This document shows, in pieces, positions 7,211 through 11,449 of a stretch of 11,449 nt of DNA (position 1 is its first letter; every line of letters starts with the position of its first letter). The DNA is from Acidimicrobiia bacterium (GTDB taxonomy: Bacteria > Actinomycetota > Acidimicrobiia > Spongiisociales > Spongiisociaceae), in contig JBFGLM010000091.1 of NCBI GenBank assembly GCA_041576165.1, forward strand, positions 1 through 11,449. Reading direction: 5' to 3'. Position numbers and translations under genes: made by a program. A model generated the notes under the pieces. That model was not told where the DNA came from. It did no database searches and saw only the letters and a list, made by a program, of their open reading frames with translations.

Positions 7211-9679
7211 GTGACTCGAGCCGCACGAGTCGTCATCGTGGGCGGCGGAATCGTCGGCGCGGCGACTGCTCATCAACTGACCCACGTGCACCGCTGGTCG
7301 GATGTAGTGCTGATCGACCAGGGACCCCTGCCCTACAACGTCGGATCGACGTCGCATGCTCCCGGTGGGGTGGTTGCCGTCAGTCACAACAAGCTCCTCG
7401 CTCAGATGGCGTCGTACACCTCTGATCTCTTCTCCACGCTCACCGATTACGACGACGCCCATCGGGCCTTCCAACGGTTCGGCGGGGTGGAGTTGGCCCG
7501 GACCCCTGAACGCTTCGAGGATTTCGTCCGACTCGACGCCGAGATGGCCGGCTGGGGAATCCCGACCAGGCTGCTCGATCCCGATGAAGTGGGGGCACTT
7601 CTCCCGTTCGTCGATCCGGCCGCGCTGGCCGGGGGCCTCTTTGCCGAAAAGAGCGGCTTGGTGCGGGGTTACCACGCCGTGGGCGACCTGCTGCGGCGGG
7701 CACAAGAGCGCGGGCTCGAGTGTTTGGAGAAGACCGGCCTCGACGGCATCGAGGTCCAAGAGGGTCAGGTGAAGGCGGTCACCACCACCAACCCAGCCTA
7801 TCGGCGGATCGAGTGCGACATGGTCGTCATCGCGGCCAACATCTGGTCGCCGGAATTGACGCGGCATTTCGGCCTCGAGATCCCACTGATGGCTTTCGAA
7901 CACCAGTATGCGATCACCCCGGCGTTGGCCGAATGGGAGGATTACGACCCGACAGACGTCGACCAGGAAGTCACGTTTCCGCTCGTTCGCGACCTCGACG
8001 CAGCGATGTACTACCGGAAGCACTGGCAAGCCTTGGGTATCGGTAGCTATGCCCACGCTCCCAGAGCGGTCGCGTCGGCTGAGGTCGGTCCGACCGCCTT
8101 GCGCGACTTCACCCCCGACGACTTCGCGGCGGCGTGGGAGCTGGCGCAGGAACTCGTGCCGCTGCTGCGTACCCGCCAGCCAGTGTTCGAAACCGCCTAC
8201 AACGGAATGTTCGCCTTTTCGGTGGACGGCATGCCGATCATCGGAGAATCGCTGGATGTCACGGGACTCTGGTCGGCGAACGCCTCGTGGATCACGCACG
8301 CGGGAGGCGTGGCGAAAGCAGTGACGGAGTGGATGGTCGAAGGCACGACCGAGTGGGACATGCGATCCTGTCATCTGTACCGATTCCAGCCCCACACCAC
8401 CACCCGCCGCTACGTGCAGGTGGTCACTGCGAAGAACTATCGGGAGCTTTACGAGCTGCATCATCCGCGCGAGTCGATCTCTGAGCCCCGCAACGTCCGC
8501 ACTTCCGCGCTGCACCAGCGCCACGTTGACGCCGAGGCAGAGTTCACAGCGTTTGCCGGCCTCGAGCTGCCGAACTGGTACGAGTCCAACGGCGACCTGC
8601 TGAACCGGTACGGCGAGCGCATCCCCCGCCGCGCGGATTGGGCAGCGATGCACTGGTCACCGATCCAGGGCGCCGAACACCTCACCACCCGCGACCACGC
8701 GGGCCTCTTCGATCTCAGCGGGCTGTCGATAATCGAGCTCGCCGGTGCGGGGGCGTGCGAGTTCCTCGACTTCCTGTGTACCAACCGCGTGGACGTCCCC
8801 GTTGGCCGAGTCGTCTACACGTGCTGGCTGACGGCCGACGGCGGCATCAAACGTGATCTGACGCTGGCCCGCATGGCCGCCGACCGCTACTGGCTGTTCG
8901 TGGGCGAAGGGACATTGCCGATGGACCTCGACTGGGTGCTGCGCCATGCGCCGACAGGTGTTTCGGTCCGGGACATCTCCGCTGCGTATTCGGCCGTGGG
9001 AATATTCGGGCCTGCCGCCCGATCAATCCTCACCGGCGCCAGCCCGGCCGACCTCGCCAACGACGCCTTCGGGTACTACACCGGAAAGTGGATCGACGTT
9101 GGCTTCTCGTCGGTGTTCGCCATGAGGATCTCCTACGTGGGCGAGCTGGGATGGGAGCTGCACATCCCGAGCGAGTCGAGTCTCGACGTGTGGGATGCAC
9201 TGACGGATGCTGGCCACGGCCACGGCCTTCGCCCGGCCGGCCTCGGCGCGATGGATTCACTCCGGCTGGAAAAGGGCTACCGCTTGTGGGGTGCCGACAT
9301 TCATACCGAGTACGACGTGTATGAGGCGGGCCTCGGGTGGACCGCAAAGCTGGACAAGGATGACTTCCTGGGTAAGGCCGCCACCGAGCGGCGCAAGCAG
9401 ACCGGGCTCACACGCCGTCTCTGCTGTATGACGGTGGAGCACCATGCCGCCACGCTGCTCGGCAACGAGCCGGTCTACGTCGATGACAAGGTCATCGGCC
9501 ATGTGACCACGGCCAACTATGGCTACTCGCTGGACCGTTATGTCGCCTTCGCCTATCTCCCGATCGAGCACAGCTCTCCGGGGACGGCAGTAGAGATCGA
9601 GTACACAGGCGTTCGCTACGCCGGGACGGTTGTCGAGGAACCGCTGTTCGATCCGAAGATGGAACGGATGCGGGCCTGA
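7211..9679 (+). CDS. Dimethylglycine oxidase/dehydrogenase-like flavoprotein (FAD oxidoreductase fused to GcvT-type folate-binding domain)
   Basis: VVIVGGGIVG Rossmann motif, GSTSHAPG (covalent-FAD His as in Arthrobacter DMGO), EHQY, MYYRKH, GIGSYAH, FSVDGMP and the GcvT motifs LFDLS, GGIKRD, RISYVGELGWE and SLRLEKGYR. Start moved to GTG 7211. Confidence 0.9.
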   Translation: MTRAARVVIVGGGIVGAATAHQLTHVHRWSDVVLIDQGPLPYNVGSTSHAPGGVVAVSHNKLLAQMASYTSDLFSTLTDYDDAHRAFQRFGGVELARTPERFEDFVRLDAEMAGWGIPTRLLDPDEVGALLPFVDPAALAGGLFAEKSGLVRGYHAVGDLLRRAQERGLECLEKTGLDGIEVQEGQVKAVTTTNPAYRRIECDMVVIAANIWSPELTRHFGLEIPLMAFEHQYAITPALAEWEDYDPTDVDQEVTFPLVRDLDAAMYYRKHWQALGIGSYAHAPRAVASAEVGPTALRDFTPDDFAAAWELAQELVPLLRTRQPVFETAYNGMFAFSVDGMPIIGESLDVTGLWSANASWITHAGGVAKAVTEWMVEGTTEWDMRSCHLYRFQPHTTTRRYVQVVTAKNYRELYELHHPRESISEPRNVRTSALHQRHVDAEAEFTAFAGLELPNWYESNGDLLNRYGERIPRRADWAAMHWSPIQGAEHLTTRDHAGLFDLSGLSIIELAGAGACEFLDFLCTNRVDVPVGRVVYTCWLTADGGIKRDLTLARMAADRYWLFVGEGTLPMDLDWVLRHAPTGVSVRDISAAYSAVGIFGPAARSILTGASPADLANDAFGYYTGKWIDVGFSSVFAMRISYVGELGWELHIPSESSLDVWDALTDAGHGHGLRPAGLGAMDSLRLEKGYRLWGADIHTEYDVYEAGLGWTAKLDKDDFLGKAATERRKQTGLTRRLCCMTVEHHAATLLGNEPVYVDDKVIGHVTTANYGYSLDRYVAFAYLPIEHSSPGTAVEIEYTGVRYAGTVVEEPLFDPKMERMRA

Positions 9680-11208
9680 TGACTGAGCGGCCACGACGCC
9701 GCCGCGGACGGCGGCGGGCCGGGCCGGTCGGCGGGGCGGTGGTGCCGCCGGTACAGCCGAAGGCCGCAGTTCCGCACTACTCGATCGTCACCGAGGAACA
9801 GATCGCCCTCGTGCACGACATGTCGATGCGGATTCTCGAGGAAGCCGGTATGGCGTTCTACGACGACGAGTCGGTCGGCATCCTACGCCAGAACGGCGTG
9901 ACCGTCGACGACGACCAGGTTGCCCACTTCGACCGGTCAACCGTGGAGGAATTGGTGGCACGGGCGCCGGCGTCGTTCACGCACACGGCCCGCAACCCGG
10001 TCCGGAGCGTGGTGATCGGCGGCGACTACCTGGCATTCGCACCCGTCGCCGGGCCACCCTACGTATATGACCTCGAACGGGGCCGGCGTGAGGCCACGCT
10101 GGCGGATCTCGAGAAGTTCATCAAGCTCACGATGACCACGCCATACCTGCACGTTCAGGGTACCGAGATCGTGGTACCGAACGACGTCCCCTTTCACGAA
10201 CGGGCGCTCGACATCACCTATGCCCACATCAAGTGGGGCGACAAACCGATCATGGGCCACTACCCGATCGGTCTCACGGCATTCGACTCGGTGGAAATGG
10301 CCCGGATCGTGTTCGGAGACGACGGGCTGGCGGCCAACCATGTGCTATTGGCTGTCATCAACATTTCGAGCCCGCGCCGGCTGGATGACCGCATGCTGGG
10401 CACCCTCAAAACCTACGCCCGGGCCAACCAGGCGCTGATCATCACGCCGTTCATCCTTGGTGGGGCAATGGGCCCCGCCTCGGTGCTGGGAACGGTCGCC
10501 CAGGCCAACGCCGAGGCGTTGGCGACATTGGCTTTTGCCCAGATGGTCCGGCCCGGCACGCCCTGTATCTATGGGCCGTTCCTAGCCGTTGTCGACCTCC
10601 AGAGCGGATCGCCGGTATTCGGTGGGGCCGAAAGCGCCCTGGCCCAGTTCATCGTGGCGTCGATGGCCCGCCACTACGGGCTTCCCTTCCGGGCGGCAGG
10701 CGGTTATGCCAGCTCCAAGATCCCCGATATGCAGAGCGGCCTCGAATCGGCCCTGTCGATGTTCCCATCCATGATGGCCGGCCCGAACTTCGTGCTCCAT
10801 GCCGCCGGCTGGCTCGAGGCGGGTCTGAGTGCGGGCTACGAGAAGTTCATTCTGGACGTCGAGATGTGCGGGGTTTTGCAGCGGTTTGCCGCCGGTGTGA
10901 GCTGGGATGAAGACGAGTGGGCGATGGAATCACTGCTGTCGGTCCCGCCCGGCGGTCACCACCTTGGCACAGAGCACACGTTGGGCCGGTACCGCGAAGC
11001 ATTCCACCGGATGCCACTGTTCGACACCGATTCTTTCGAGACGTGGTCGGCGGCGGGCGGACACGATGCGGCGGCCCGGGGAGCCCGGGCCGTCCACGAG
11101 GCACTGGACCGGTACCAACCGCCCGCGCTCGATTCCGCAGTTGACGAGGAGCTACTGGACTACATGGGCCGGCGTCGAAGCGAGATAGACCCGGCCGCGT
11201 TCCAGTGA
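9679..11208 (+). CDS. Trimethylamine methyltransferase (MttB) superfamily protein, non-pyrrolysine (MtgB-like)
   Basis: SMRILEEAG, APASFTHTARNP, INISSPRRLD, TPFILGGAMGP, AQMVRPGTP, SKIPDMQSGLES, HAAGWLEAGL, EKFILD and GGHHLGTEHT. No in-frame TAG. TGATG overlap with the upstream gene. Confidence 0.92.
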   Translation: MTERPRRRRGRRRAGPVGGAVVPPVQPKAAVPHYSIVTEEQIALVHDMSMRILEEAGMAFYDDESVGILRQNGVTVDDDQVAHFDRSTVEELVARAPASFTHTARNPVRSVVIGGDYLAFAPVAGPPYVYDLERGRREATLADLEKFIKLTMTTPYLHVQGTEIVVPNDVPFHERALDITYAHIKWGDKPIMGHYPIGLTAFDSVEMARIVFGDDGLAANHVLLAVINISSPRRLDDRMLGTLKTYARANQALIITPFILGGAMGPASVLGTVAQANAEALATLAFAQMVRPGTPCIYGPFLAVVDLQSGSPVFGGAESALAQFIVASMARHYGLPFRAAGGYASSKIPDMQSGLESALSMFPSMMAGPNFVLHAAGWLEAGLSAGYEKFILDVEMCGVLQRFAAGVSWDEDEWAMESLLSVPPGGHHLGTEHTLGRYREAFHRMPLFDTDSFETWSAAGGHDAAARGARAVHEALDRYQPPALDSAVDEELLDYMGRRRSEIDPAAFQ

Positions 11209-11236
11209 CCATCCGTGAGTCACCAAGCTTCGCCGA

Positions 11237-11286
11237 CGCCCGGTGCAGTCGCCGGGCGGGTGCGCCGGGCTGCATACGGCCCGGCG
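11237..11286. terminator. Two tandem GC-rich hairpins between convergent genes, possible bidirectional terminator
   Basis: CGCCCGG-tgcagtcg-CCGGGCG (11237-11258) and CGCCGGGC-tgcatacg-GCCCGGCG (11263-11286). No U-tract, which is common in Actinobacteria. Confidence 0.5.
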
Positions 11287-11300
11287 GTGTGGGACTGATG

Positions 11301-11449
11301 TCAGGATTCGGTAGTAGGGGCCGGCGCGCCGTCGCTGGCTTTCCAGGCCGCGATCTGCTCACAGATCGCGGCGACGATGGCCTCCACCTCGGTTGTGCCG
11401 GTGGCGGTGCGGGCCGTTATGTGGAGGCCCAGGACGGCCGCAAGTAGCA
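11301..11449 (-). CDS. 3' end of a gene running off the window, probably a TetR/AcrR-family regulator
   Basis: Not in the ORF track. The minus frame from 11447 reads LLAAVLGLHITARTATGTTEVEAIVAAICEQIAAWKASDGAPAPTTES* (TGA 11303-11301), resembling the last two helices of NemR/ComR-type TetR domains. Confidence 0.55.
   Translation of the reverse strand, partial: LLAAVLGLHITARTATGTTEVEAIVAAICEQIAAWKASDGAPAPTTES

Noticed and set aside
7005-7226. Small minus-strand ORF in the divergent region
   Set aside because: It has no RBS or recognisable motif and overlaps the promoter candidates of both flanking genes.
6950-8653. 567-aa antisense ORF
   Set aside because: It lies opposite the well-supported DMGO-like gene, has no recognisable motif and is the expected stop-poor shadow frame of high-GC coding DNA.
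9679-9720. Twin-arginine (Tat) signal in MttB (RPRRRRGRRRAG)
   Set aside because: There is no following hydrophobic region or cleavage site, and Arg-rich N-termini are usual in non-pyrrolysine MttB proteins.
9679-11208. Pyrrolysine or selenocysteine recoding
   Set aside because: The ORF is full length with no internal TAG or TGA, and there are no pyl or sel genes in the window.
11205-11447. 80-aa plus-strand ORF overlapping the mttB stop (GTGA)
   Set aside because: It is low-complexity Gly/Arg sequence that runs through the hairpins, and the minus-strand frame is much more protein-like.
1-11449. CRISPR array, IS or transposase, prophage, tRNA or rRNA
   Set aside because: I saw no regularly spaced repeats, terminal inverted repeats, recombinase ORFs or RNA-gene signatures, and base composition looks uniform by eye.

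Overview
High-GC Actinomycetota chromosomal window (WhiB gene and actinobacterial promoter and RBS style; an Acidimicrobiia-like source is only an impression). From left to right: a three-gene Psp/Lia-type envelope-stress operon on the minus strand (PspC, LiaF/DUF2154-like, small membrane protein) preceded by a DosR/NarL-like palindrome; a FabH/KAS III-family synthase (-); fumC and a WhiB1-like regulator (+); a multi-pass membrane protein with a C-terminal type-1 cupredoxin, an orphan SufU and an uncharacterised membrane-anchored protein (all -); an overlapping pair of a dimethylglycine oxidase/dehydrogenase-like flavoprotein and a non-pyrrolysine MttB-family methyltransferase (+); and the 3' end of a probable TetR-family regulator (-). 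I see no RNA genes, CRISPR arrays or mobile elements. Most genes belong to known families. The best leads are the MttB-DMGO pair (Tyr at the pyrrolysine-equivalent position), the membrane-cupredoxin fusion, the 357-aa unknown protein and the DosR-like box on the psp-like operon. All family calls come from recalled motifs, not database searches.
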